Below are positions 7,138-15,810 of a stretch of DNA of 27,258 nt, one piece after another. The translations under genes were made by a program, and so were the position numbers. Origin of the DNA: a virus (taxonomy: Duplodnaviria > Caudoviricetes); IMG/VR virus record IMGVR_UViG_3300012347_000169, positions 1 through 27,258 of that record. The stretch is one strand, 5' to 3'. The notes under the pieces are model-generated. The model was not told where the DNA came from. It searched no databases and saw only the letters and a list, made by a program, of their open reading frames with translations. Position 1 is the first letter of the stretch, and every line of letters begins with the position of its first letter.

Positions 7138-7425
7138 GAAACCGCCCTGTTTGAGCTCAATAAGCTGATCATTGAGAACGGGGGTGTCGAGTGTGAGCAA
7201 GTGCCAGAAATCTTCTTTCCAGAGGATGAGCCAGCCGATGGCACTCGTCATCAAGGCATAGCGTTAGCCAAAGTTATCTGTGGGAACTGCCCAGTGAGCT
7301 ACGAGTGTCTTGAGTACGCTCTAATTGCAGAAGAACCATTTGGTATCTGGGGTGGCATGACCCCAAAGAATCGGCAGACTATTTTGTCAGCCAGAAAGCC
7401 TGGATGGTCAAAAGCCAAACAATAA
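7117..7425 (+). CDS. whiB: WhiB-family Fe-S transcription factor
   Basis: C...FFP...AKVICGNCPVSYECLEYAL...GIWGG with four Cys and a basic tail. Confidence 0.95.
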   Translation: MTHRQSKETALFELNKLIIENGGVECEQVPEIFFPEDEPADGTRHQGIALAKVICGNCPVSYECLEYALIAEEPFGIWGGMTPKNRQTILSARKPGWSKAKQ

Positions 7426-7427
7426 GG

Positions 7428-7673
7428 CTACTTAGAAGACTTCTTCTTGCTGATTTCTGCGAACGTGTTGTTGATTTCTTGCTCATCAATAAATCCATCC
7501 GCTAGGTAAGCCTTTGAAAGTGCCTCAGCAACCCGTAGGATGCCCGTGACACCAGCCATGAGTGCTGCTTGCCATAGTTCAATGCCAGCGATAGAACCAG
7601 CCGCTAGTGAACCGCTGACGAGGTAAATAACCGAAGCGAAAGTACGCTTTAGAACGGTTGACCAAAGTTTCAT
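7428..7673 (-). CDS. Putative holin
   Basis: Two hydrophobic segments and a Lys-rich C-terminus, directly after the endolysin. Confidence 0.6.
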   Translation of the reverse strand: MKLWSTVLKRTFASVIYLVSGSLAAGSIAGIELWQAALMAGVTGILRVAEALSKAYLADGFIDEQEINNTFAEISKKKSSK

Positions 7674-8179
7674 TGTGCTTCCTTTATCTTCTTGCGAATC
7701 TCAGCTCGTTGAGCAAATGACTTGTCAATCAGCTTGAACAGATCGCCCAGCTTCTCTCTTGGAGCAGCGTGAGGGATAGGGTCAATTGAGTGTGAGGCGT
7801 GTAGGTGAAATGCCCCAGATTGTGACAAAGCTGAACCAGTTGCACCGATCAAACCAATAGTGTGCTTGTTAGCCTCGACGGTCTGTCCGACCTTCAGAGC
7901 TGGCTTTCCGATCATGTGGTTGTATTCGATGTGCTTGCCGTTTTGACCGCATGAGTCATCGCAAACATTCTTGACAATCGCTGACCAACCAAGAGCTGGG
8001 TCGTTCCAGACCTTAGTCACTTTGCCTGTGTGGATAGCCCAGATTTCTTTGCCCTCTGACCCGTTGCTAAAACCCCAGTCCGAACCACGGTGAGGCTGTG
8101 AACGATAGGGTGCAGTGTTGCCAAGTTCATCACGGCGTTCGTTGCCAGTGCCCTTGACGGGTTCAAAGTAATGAGTCAT
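7670..8179 (-). CDS. M23-family peptidase endolysin
   Basis: HRGSD (HxxxD), YNHM and GATG...HLH motifs; no obvious wall-binding domain. Confidence 0.88.
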   Translation of the reverse strand: MTHYFEPVKGTGNERRDELGNTAPYRSQPHRGSDWGFSNGSEGKEIWAIHTGKVTKVWNDPALGWSAIVKNVCDDSCGQNGKHIEYNHMIGKPALKVGQTVEANKHTIGLIGATGSALSQSGAFHLHASHSIDPIPHAAPREKLGDLFKLIDKSFAQRAEIRKKIKEAQ

Positions 8180-8191
8180 AGGTCTATTTTA
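8180..8191 (-). promoter_or_regulatory. Leaderless promoter -10 (TAAAAT-6-ATG) for the endolysin
   Basis: TAAAAT agacct ATG with no Shine-Dalgarno. Confidence 0.6.
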
Positions 8192-8353
8192 CTCGTCTTT
8201 GCGAATCTGATAAGTGGCGAACCAAATGGCAACGGCAGCTAGGATAGCCCAGCCAACGATTGTTCTTGCATCGCCTTCTAGCACGATCCAGGCGACACCC
8301 ATACCCAGCAGGGTAAATAGCTGACCTAGAACATCTCTAAGAAAACCTTTCAT
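8189..8353 (-). CDS. 54-aa two-TM membrane protein not in the ORF track (MKGFLRDVLGQLFTLLGMGVAWIVLEGDARTIVGWAILAAVAIWFATYQIRKDE)
   Basis: Translated by hand; AGGAG RBS; fills the gap exactly. Confidence 0.8.
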   Translation of the reverse strand: MKGFLRDVLGQLFTLLGMGVAWIVLEGDARTIVGWAILAAVAIWFATYQIRKDE

Positions 8354-8355
8354 GT

Positions 8356-9822
8356 TTATACTCCTCTCCGATAACTCACTGAACTGACCATGCTTGCTGA
8401 CATAACTGCTTGACTGACTGCCATTGAAACCAAAACTTGCTTTTTAGCTTCTTCACGCTGTTTAGGGCTCATGTCTGCACCAATGTTTCCTAGATTATTG
8501 AAGTTGTCTAAAACCGCTGATGCCACACCGCCGAGAAGCGGAATGTTAGCTAACTCGGTTGGCAGTTCCTCGTCATCTGCTTCAGCTACAACGGCTAGTT
8601 GATCTAGTGCTTGTTCGTATTGTGCTGACCCTGGTTCTGACATCGCCAACGTGCTTACGGCAGCTTCTGTAAGTTGCTGTACTTCAACTTGGGTCAGTTT
8701 CTCTGGCTCAATAGTTTTTGGATTTAGTTGAGCAATTGGTGGCGGATCACTAGGCTTGGGCTCAGAAGGGAGTTCTATTGGTTTGGGTGACGGTGCTTTA
8801 TCTGCTAACGCTGGCGGCTCTGGCTTTGGCGTTGGTGCTATTTCTGGCTTTGGGTTCGGCTCTAATGCAGGTGGTGGGCTGGCTGGCACTTCCGGTTTTG
8901 ATGGCGGTAGTGGTGCTGGTGTTTCTACTGGTAAAGGCATAGGTGGTTCTGGTGCTGGGGCAGGGGCAGGTTCTGGAGCAGGAGCAGGATCTTGAGTAGG
9001 CTCAGGAGTCGGCATAGGCAACACAGTTGGCTGAGGCTCTGGCTGTGGGCTTGGTGTGTTTACGGGCTGAGGCGTAGGTTCTGGGCTCTGCGTAGGTGTT
9101 GGTTCGACTACTGGCGTAGCTAGAACTACTGACCACGTAAAGCGAGTGACCTTTACAACACCGCCACAAGGATCACCGAAAGTTCCATTGTCAAGGGCGA
9201 TAGTCGCTGAAGACTGCCCGACCAGAAGCGTTTGCAGAATAGTGGATACGTCTACTCCACAAGTGTCGTCTGTTGGTGAGCCGTACCAGCCACGAGCAGA
9301 TGCAAATACCCAACCTTCAGGGGCAGTAATCTCTCGGACTGTGCCTTCCCAAGCTTCTTCAGACCACCAGTTGGGCTCGGGGGTTGCCTGTTCTGTAGGC
9401 AAGGTGTAGATAATCGTTGGTGCTGAGATTATCGGGCCATACCAACCAGCCCAAAAACCGCGATCAATACCTGAGACGGTTAGCCTCACTGATCCCGTGA
9501 CGGGTAGCTCAATCACTCGGGTCTCTATTATGTTGCCTGTGATGGTCGTGTCATTTACCGACACTGACCAAGTATCTGCAAGTTCACCGCCACCAATACG
9601 GTTAGCAATCGTGTTGTTTACACTTAGGCGAACGCTGGCACTTATGGCATTATCAGGGATTGTAAAAGTCTGCGATGCCGAGCCACCACGGTAATCAAAT
9701 TGCACTGAACCATTGACAATGTTTGCGTTAGAGCCAGCCCAGTCAGCTTGTGATGGCATAGCTAGGAATAACGAACTAAAAGCCAGCGTAGTAGCCGCTA
9801 AGAAACGAGCGACCTTTGGCAT
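8356..9822 (-). CDS. Secreted surface protein: signal peptide, FBA-like and SUEL-like lectin domains, Pro-rich stalk, helical C-terminal domain
   Basis: Sec signal ending SQA, GIDRGFWAGWYGP, YGS...NGTFGDPCGGVVK, (EP/TP/AP)n stalk, and a hydrophobic end followed by RR. Confidence 0.7.
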   Translation of the reverse strand: MPKVARFLAATTLAFSSLFLAMPSQADWAGSNANIVNGSVQFDYRGGSASQTFTIPDNAISASVRLSVNNTIANRIGGGELADTWSVSVNDTTITGNIIETRVIELPVTGSVRLTVSGIDRGFWAGWYGPIISAPTIIYTLPTEQATPEPNWWSEEAWEGTVREITAPEGWVFASARGWYGSPTDDTCGVDVSTILQTLLVGQSSATIALDNGTFGDPCGGVVKVTRFTWSVVLATPVVEPTPTQSPEPTPQPVNTPSPQPEPQPTVLPMPTPEPTQDPAPAPEPAPAPAPEPPMPLPVETPAPLPPSKPEVPASPPPALEPNPKPEIAPTPKPEPPALADKAPSPKPIELPSEPKPSDPPPIAQLNPKTIEPEKLTQVEVQQLTEAAVSTLAMSEPGSAQYEQALDQLAVVAEADDEELPTELANIPLLGGVASAVLDNFNNLGNIGADMSPKQREEAKKQVLVSMAVSQAVMSASMVSSVSYRRGV

Positions 9823-10026
9823 TTACAATCCCAGAAGTTTGCTTAGAACAGCACCAGAAACGCCAGACAATCCAGCAACGCCTAGAAGCATCCAGCGGAA
9901 CTGCTCAAGCACTCGGATACGCTTTTCGTGATCTAGCACGTTGCGTTCTGTCCAGGTGATGTGATTCGGCAGTCGTTCATTGAGAATTGTGACCTGCCTG
10001 GTCAGCTCAAGGATTTGTTCTTCCAC
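9823..10026 (-). CDS. Small coiled-coil protein with a C-terminal TM helix (XhlA/holin-like)
   Basis: DHEKRIRVLEQFRW followed by a Gly-rich TM; AGGAG RBS. Confidence 0.7.
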   Translation of the reverse strand: MEEQILELTRQVTILNERLPNHITWTERNVLDHEKRIRVLEQFRWMLLGVAGLSGVSGAVLSKLLGL

Positions 10027-10072
10027 CGAATACTCCTAAAAATCGATCCGGCGTAGAACGGATAAGGCTATT

Positions 10073-10324
10073 TTACTCTGCTACTGGTTCTTCAATAATT
10101 ACAGGTGGTCGAGCAATGGTTGGCTCATCTGGGCTATTGCCAGCATAGTCAGCGGTTTCATCAGTTAGCGACAAAATTAGCTGTTCTGCCCAAGCTTCTG
10201 CTTCACCTGCACCCCAAGCCTGACCAGCAGGCCAATTTGGTTGCTTTACAAAAGGAAGCTCATTTACGCCGTCAAAAATCAAGACAGCACCGTCTTCGTC
10301 AATTTCAAAATAAAAGTTTTCCAT
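10073..10324 (-). CDS. Acidic hypothetical protein, possible fibre assembly chaperone
   Basis: Follows the fibre gene; QPNWP..W...EAEAWA. Confidence 0.5.
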   Translation of the reverse strand: MENFYFEIDEDGAVLIFDGVNELPFVKQPNWPAGQAWGAGEAEAWAEQLILSLTDETADYAGNSPDEPTIARPPVIIEEPVAE

Positions 10325-11301
10325 TAGAATCCACCCACTACATAAAGGTCGTTTGCTGTTCCAGATGACCTAGCTGTCCAAGTTATACCATCTGGTGATG
10401 TTGCAAGATAGCCACTAGAACCACAAGCGACATAAAAACCAGCAGCGTAGCCAAAGCCATGAATTGCACTTGAGCCAGCACCAGAAACTCTTGATGTCCA
10501 TGTGATGCCGTCACTAGAAGTATAAAGTGCACCAGATGAGCTCCCGAGAAACCACAAGCCATTTACAAATCTGACAGATGATTTTGCTTGCGGAGCTACC
10601 GGAAAGGTTCTAGATGTCCAACTGCTACCATTTGTAGAAGTGTAGTATGTTGAACCAACACCAGAACTACCCGTGTTCCAAGCCAAAAATTTATCTACTC
10701 CCCAGTTCACTCGAACTGTTCCCGTGCCATTAGTGACAGTAGTCCAAGTTATGCCATCATTAGTCGAGTAGGCAATGTTTCCAACTCCACCAAAACAAGC
10801 TACCCAAACACAGCTTGCTCCAGCTGCACCATTATTTGCAATGCCATAAATTGCGGCACTGAATGGGGAACTGCCAGCATTACCGCTGTAAACTGCATAC
10901 TCCCTGACTATGTGATTTCTAGTACCGCTGTAAAAAGAAGTCCATACAATATCGCCAGTAGCAGTTTGCTCATAGCAATAAACATTTGCGTTAGCATCAC
11001 CTGGAGTGCCTGTTGTCTGGTAGAAGTAATTGCCTTCATATGACCAGTTCCAGACACCAAAACTAGTGCCTGTAAAACAAATCATTCGCCCATTTTTAGT
11101 GACTGGGTAAAATGGGTCAGTAGCAGAAACGCTGGTAGTTGTGCCTAGTGTAGCTGCCCAGTTAGTGCCATCAGTTGATGTTATACGAGTTGAAGAAACG
11201 CCCCAAACAACAATGCGAGAAGTGCCTGAAAAGGCGGCAGACATTTTGGCGTAGCGAGCGTAGTTGTTTATGCCATCTTTGGCAATGGATGTGACAGCCA
11301 T
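10324..11301 (-). CDS. Putative receptor-binding/fibre protein with Asp-box (BNR) beta-propeller repeats
   Basis: TSTDGTNW, STNDGITW, TSTNGSSW, TSSDGITW and TSPDGITW; G/S/T-rich. Confidence 0.75.
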   Translation of the reverse strand: MAVTSIAKDGINNYARYAKMSAAFSGTSRIVVWGVSSTRITSTDGTNWAATLGTTTSVSATDPFYPVTKNGRMICFTGTSFGVWNWSYEGNYFYQTTGTPGDANANVYCYEQTATGDIVWTSFYSGTRNHIVREYAVYSGNAGSSPFSAAIYGIANNGAAGASCVWVACFGGVGNIAYSTNDGITWTTVTNGTGTVRVNWGVDKFLAWNTGSSGVGSTYYTSTNGSSWTSRTFPVAPQAKSSVRFVNGLWFLGSSSGALYTSSDGITWTSRVSGAGSSAIHGFGYAAGFYVACGSSGYLATSPDGITWTARSSGTANDLYVVGGF

Positions 11302-11633
11302 TAGACGATTTCTGCACCAAAGATTGAGAATGTAAAGTTTGCGGTCGATGCGTAAACCGTCACGACATCAGAAGCATCTAGGGTTAGACCAAGGGTCAAA
11401 GTAGTTGAATCTGCACCGTTGATGCTTACATCGTAAGCAATGTAGTGTGTGTTGGCTAGGGTTGCGGCATCTGGTCGAATTGCAATTCGGTATGTAGCAG
11501 CGGTTGCGGCACGATTGCAAATCACAAGCGTTGAAATGACAGTTTGCTTACCAGCACCAACGGTATAAATGTCGGTGTTAGATGTGGCTGACGGTGCAGC
11601 TTGAGCTAGAACTTTGTAGGTTGTTGTTGCCAT
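11301..11633 (-). CDS. Minor virion protein (beta-sandwich)
   Basis: All-beta A/T-rich sequence within the tail module. Confidence 0.65.
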   Translation of the reverse strand: MATTTYKVLAQAAPSATSNTDIYTVGAGKQTVISTLVICNRAATAATYRIAIRPDAATLANTHYIAYDVSINGADSTTLTLGLTLDASDVVTVYASTANFTFSIFGAEIV

Positions 11634-11636
11634 TTT

Positions 11637-11897
11637 TTATGCTCCCATTAGTAAGAATGTATCGAGGCTATTACCGCCACCACCGACGGCGTTCCATACA
11701 GCACCGTCATACGCTTGTAGTTCGTTAGTGTCTTTGAGAAACGCTACCATGCCTTCTGATACGGCAGTTCCCAAAGCTGATGATCGCGCAGCTGAAGATG
11801 CAAAAACCATTACGGTCTGATCCATTAGGTATCCCTGCACGTTGGCAGCGGTTAAAACTTCACCTGCTGTGAATGTTTTACGGCCTAATCCAGCCAT
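11637..11897 (-). CDS. Minor tail protein / fibre adaptor
   Basis: FTAGEVLTAANV N-terminus and EGMVAFLKDTNELQAYDGAVW fibre-type motif. Confidence 0.7.
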   Translation of the reverse strand: MAGLGRKTFTAGEVLTAANVQGYLMDQTVMVFASSAARSSALGTAVSEGMVAFLKDTNELQAYDGAVWNAVGGGGNSLDTFLLMGA

Positions 11898-11905
11898 GTT
11901 TCTCC

Positions 11906-13138
11906 TTAGAATCCTAGAACGTTGGTGTCTGTATCTAGCTTACCAAACACTGTGTCATCAAGCACAAGATAAGTAGTGTCAATTGTCGACAAGCCCAAAG
12001 TCATAATGTGCTGACCGTCTGGTTCAGCCTGGTTGTTAATACGGATCACTTCAGCGTATTTGACAACTGCTGGTGGGATGCCAGATGGAGTAAACGTCAC
12101 CTTTACAACATCACCAAGTTCAAGGTTCAAGAGCTTGGTCTGGTTTGCTTCAGATTGTGTGTTTACACGAACACTCAATGTATCAAAGCGGTACTCGGGC
12201 TGTGAATACTTAGAAGCCAAGAAGATAGCCAATGCTTCAACCTGAGCATCGCTATTCATCAATAGGTCGTTAGCTGTGTAGTTAAAAATGCCGTAGGTAT
12301 TTTGAGAATCAATGTCGACTGCAATTGCGGTACTAGCTGTGATGACTGACGAAACTACAATCTCGTTAGCCAGATTCTCAGATCCATAGTCAACGTTTAA
12401 TTCTTCATAGTTGATGCCAGTACCGTCATCTGCAAATTCGACTGAGATAGTAGATGTAATAGCCACATTTCGATCTAGGAATGTAAAATCGCCGTTTTTG
12501 GCAATAAATACAGACCCCAACTCAGTCTGTTCAATAAGTTTTAGGTAAGACAGGGCATTTGTTCCGGCAGAGATGACATCTGCACCCAAAGTAGCTGCAC
12601 CAGTGTCAATGTTTCGATACCCTGCTGGCCAATCCACGTCAGAGCTATCCAGAACGGCAGATACTCGTGCACCAGAAGTTTGTACTGTTGCTGTAGATGC
12701 ACTTAAAGTCTGGTTAGCTAGATAAACGAAACCATCCGAAGCTGTAAACGATGCACTTGCCAATCCGCCTGGCTGATACTGAAGATTCCAGTCATCGATA
12801 GAGCCACGGTACTGAACAATCCCATTAGACGAGATGCGAACATCTCGCTTCGGAATAATGTTTCCGTAATACGGAGATGCCGTGTACTCAGGATCAAAAG
12901 CACGATCATTGTTATTAAATTCAACAATTGCTTCACCAGCAGAGTAAGAAGACAAAAAGTTTGATTTACCACGATTGATCTCAATGCTTCTGACACGAGA
13001 AGTAATGTCGTAGAACAGCGTTCCACCAAGCACCCAGTCAGTATTATCTAGCTGACCTTGAACTGGGTTGTCTAATACAAGGAATGGGCCGTTGTTGCCA
13101 GCTAGATCGAAACCAACTTCTACTTTTTGAGTTGTCAT
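11906..13138 (-). CDS. Minor tail / baseplate hub protein
   Basis: Directly after tape measure; DITSRVRSIEINRG, SQNTYG and LELGDVVKV hub-type motifs. Confidence 0.75.
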   Translation of the reverse strand: MTTQKVEVGFDLAGNNGPFLVLDNPVQGQLDNTDWVLGGTLFYDITSRVRSIEINRGKSNFLSSYSAGEAIVEFNNNDRAFDPEYTASPYYGNIIPKRDVRISSNGIVQYRGSIDDWNLQYQPGGLASASFTASDGFVYLANQTLSASTATVQTSGARVSAVLDSSDVDWPAGYRNIDTGAATLGADVISAGTNALSYLKLIEQTELGSVFIAKNGDFTFLDRNVAITSTISVEFADDGTGINYEELNVDYGSENLANEIVVSSVITASTAIAVDIDSQNTYGIFNYTANDLLMNSDAQVEALAIFLASKYSQPEYRFDTLSVRVNTQSEANQTKLLNLELGDVVKVTFTPSGIPPAVVKYAEVIRINNQAEPDGQHIMTLGLSTIDTTYLVLDDTVFGKLDTDTNVLGF

Positions 13139-15810
13139 ACGTTTGCTCGTTCGTACTTGTTGAGCTCTGCAAGAATCGCCTGACCAACTGCCTTACCGTT
13201 TGTACCAACGCCAGCAGTGACATTCAAAACTATTGATTGAGCAGTTTTAGTTCTACCAAACGCTAGTGCTTCGTTGCGACTTGCACCACCTTCTACAAAG
13301 TAATCCTGAAGCTGAGACTGTACTTGGTTAGTTGTCACTACATTTGCAGATGGAATTGCCATGTTAGCCATCAAAGAGTTGAAAGTTGTAATAAACGAAT
13401 TAGCTAAAGTTTCAGCAGCTCTAATGATTGCATTTTCTTCTGCAATTAGACCATCAGCCAAACCAGTAGTGATGTTTATACCAGCGTTGTACATTACATC
13501 GGCTGTTTCTTTGGCGATGTCTGCACCAACGTTATTTAGATCGGCAAAAAGGGTGTTTAGCTCGGCTACAGTGCCAGTTCCACCAGCGATGATCTCAGAA
13601 GCTGTTAACGAACCAGCATCTACACCAGCATCGACGATTTGTTTGAAAAGATTTTGATCTAACCCAAGTGCACGAAGTTCTTTTAATTGCTTTGCAAAAG
13701 CACGAGTCTTTTCAAGCGTTTTACCAAGAGAAGATGCAATAGATTCGCCACCCTGGACTTCATCTATTGTCTTCTTGAGTGATACCTGTAAGCCACCAAC
13801 CATTCTGGTGATTGTTTGCTCAACCTTGACACTTTGGCTGTCGATCTTGCTTGTAATGTTTCCAAGACCAACAATTGTTGATTTGACATCAGCAAATAAC
13901 GCTTGAGCCAATGAACGCTTGTTAGCGATTTCATCACGCTGACGACCAAGCTCGGCTAATACAGCCTTTTCCTTGTTCGCATACTCAATTAGTGCATTTG
14001 CTGAATCATCAAATACACCGCTCTTAATCTGCTGGCTAAGTGCATTAGTAATTTCAGTAATAGAGTCAACAGCAGCTTGCTCGTATGTGCCCATCTCACG
14101 AATTGCAATACCCATTGGTTTGACAGCGTTAGTGAGAGACATGATCTCATCTTTAGTCGCACTAAAAGCTTCTAGTTGCTCACGTTGAGTTTCAAGGATC
14201 TTTGCGGTAGCCTCGGCAACTTGATTTGCAAATTCTCTTTCAGCTTCAGCAGCTTCTTGAGACATTTTCTTTAGTTCTTCTTGAGCTGCCTTGATTTCAC
14301 TCAGACCAGCCGCTGTTTGATTGAACCTCTTTTGGATTGCCTTTACGCCAACTTCACCAGATTTGTAAATGCGGTTAAAGACCTGTTCCCAGTCATCGCC
14401 AGTGCCAACAATTGAGTCAATTAGACCTTCTGAAGCTCCAAGTCGCTTTAGCTTTAGGCGAGCAATGTTTTGCTTCATCTCATCGGCAAGATTGTCAAAG
14501 AATGTCTTTACTGCATCCTTTGTGTCACCACCACCGCCAGGGCCAGTGCCACCAATAACGATTGATTCTGCAACACCCTGCAAGCGACGTTTGTTCAAGA
14601 ACGCTAAGTAGTCATTGGTCTCAGTCTGACGTTGCTTGGTCATGTCTGGCTGAGTCATTTTTGCAACAGTGTTATCCCAAATGTCACCAAGGGGTGTTAG
14701 GAATGGAAGTAGTCGCTCAATACTTTGTCTCATGCCATCGAAGAAAGCAGTGACTGGGCCACCGTCAAACTTGTTGAACTGCTCAAAGACATCGTTAATA
14801 ATGTCACCAAGCCAGGTAAACGCATCTGCAACAATCTGAAGCAACCTACCCAATAGAGCTAGAGTTTCCCCAGTCAGCACACCAAGCAACTTGAACAATG
14901 GCTCAAGTGCAGTAAATACAGCAGTTAAAATTTGAATAAGACTAAAGAAGATGTCCGCAACAGGCTTGATAACTGGAGTCAAATCTCTCATAATCAGACC
15001 GAGCTGATCAAAAAGCTTTACAAGCACAGGCGTTGCTTGGTCAACGATTGGCGTTAAGGCCATCATCAAGTCGGCAAGCACAGGTGTCAGAGAGCCACCA
15101 ACAGTTGCTTGCATATCGGCAAACGAGGCAGTGAGCTTTTTTTGCTCAACGAATAGCGTTCCAGCTCCACGCTCAAATGATCCCATGGCATCTGCTGAAC
15201 GCAAGAACAACTGTTCCAAACGAACTTGCTGTTGAGCGTTTAGCAAAGCTTGTCCGGTCAGCTTGCCCATTCCCTTAGCAGCAAGAAGCGTGTTTACTTC
15301 CTGTTGCTTTAGGGCAACACCAAACTTTTCAATTGGGTCATACTCACCACGGAAAAGAGCGGTCATGGCTGTCAGGGCTTCTGACGTGTCATAACCAAAG
15401 GTAGTCGCTAGGTCTTGAGCAAGAGAGGTCAGATCTTTGGTCTTTGTCTGCACGTCAGACATCTCAAAGCCAGCTTGCTTTAGAACAGAACCAAGATAGG
15501 TGACTGTTCTTGCAGTTTCAACTTGGCTAAGACCCATGTCTTTACCATTTTTGATAAACGTGACCATTTCGGCGGAAGATTCACCAAATACGGTTTTGAC
15601 CGAAGCCATGTTGCGTTCTAGATCGCGAGCAGCAGCAATCGCATCTCCAGCGAAGTTGACTGCACCGTTTAGAGCAGTAAGACCAGCGGCAGCACCAGCG
15701 GCAGCTAAACCAATGCCTTTTAGGTTCTTTCCAAACCCACCAAGAGAGGCAGTTGCTTGCTTGATTCCAGTGCTATTGAACGTAGAGAGAATTGGTAAGA
15801 CAATAGCCAT
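13135..15810 (-). CDS. Tape measure protein
   Basis: 891 aa, helical and Ala/Gly/Leu-rich, with RGEYDPIEKFGV and a central amphipathic repeat region. Confidence 0.92.
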   Translation of the reverse strand: MAIVLPILSTFNSTGIKQATASLGGFGKNLKGIGLAAAGAAAGLTALNGAVNFAGDAIAAARDLERNMASVKTVFGESSAEMVTFIKNGKDMGLSQVETARTVTYLGSVLKQAGFEMSDVQTKTKDLTSLAQDLATTFGYDTSEALTAMTALFRGEYDPIEKFGVALKQQEVNTLLAAKGMGKLTGQALLNAQQQVRLEQLFLRSADAMGSFERGAGTLFVEQKKLTASFADMQATVGGSLTPVLADLMMALTPIVDQATPVLVKLFDQLGLIMRDLTPVIKPVADIFFSLIQILTAVFTALEPLFKLLGVLTGETLALLGRLLQIVADAFTWLGDIINDVFEQFNKFDGGPVTAFFDGMRQSIERLLPFLTPLGDIWDNTVAKMTQPDMTKQRQTETNDYLAFLNKRRLQGVAESIVIGGTGPGGGGDTKDAVKTFFDNLADEMKQNIARLKLKRLGASEGLIDSIVGTGDDWEQVFNRIYKSGEVGVKAIQKRFNQTAAGLSEIKAAQEELKKMSQEAAEAEREFANQVAEATAKILETQREQLEAFSATKDEIMSLTNAVKPMGIAIREMGTYEQAAVDSITEITNALSQQIKSGVFDDSANALIEYANKEKAVLAELGRQRDEIANKRSLAQALFADVKSTIVGLGNITSKIDSQSVKVEQTITRMVGGLQVSLKKTIDEVQGGESIASSLGKTLEKTRAFAKQLKELRALGLDQNLFKQIVDAGVDAGSLTASEIIAGGTGTVAELNTLFADLNNVGADIAKETADVMYNAGINITTGLADGLIAEENAIIRAAETLANSFITTFNSLMANMAIPSANVVTTNQVQSQLQDYFVEGGASRNEALAFGRTKTAQSIVLNVTAGVGTNGKAVGQAILAELNKYERANV

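Noticed and set aside
7027-7254. Minus-strand ORF overlapping whiB
   Set aside because: It is an antisense shadow of a clear WhiB gene and has no motifs.
8720-9120. Low-complexity repeats as a CRISPR array or DNA-level repeat element
   Set aside because: They encode the Pro/Glu/Ala stalk and have no constant repeat with unique spacers.
2246-10031. Exact 14-bp repeat TTCTTCCACCGAAT at two GTG starts (2246-2259 and 10018-10031)
   Set aside because: About one 14-mer match is expected by chance in 27 kb, and part of it is shared GTG-GAA-GAA coding.
10324-11301. Diversity-generating retroelement target in the fibre gene
   Set aside because: There is no reverse transcriptase in the window and I saw no template/variable repeat pair.
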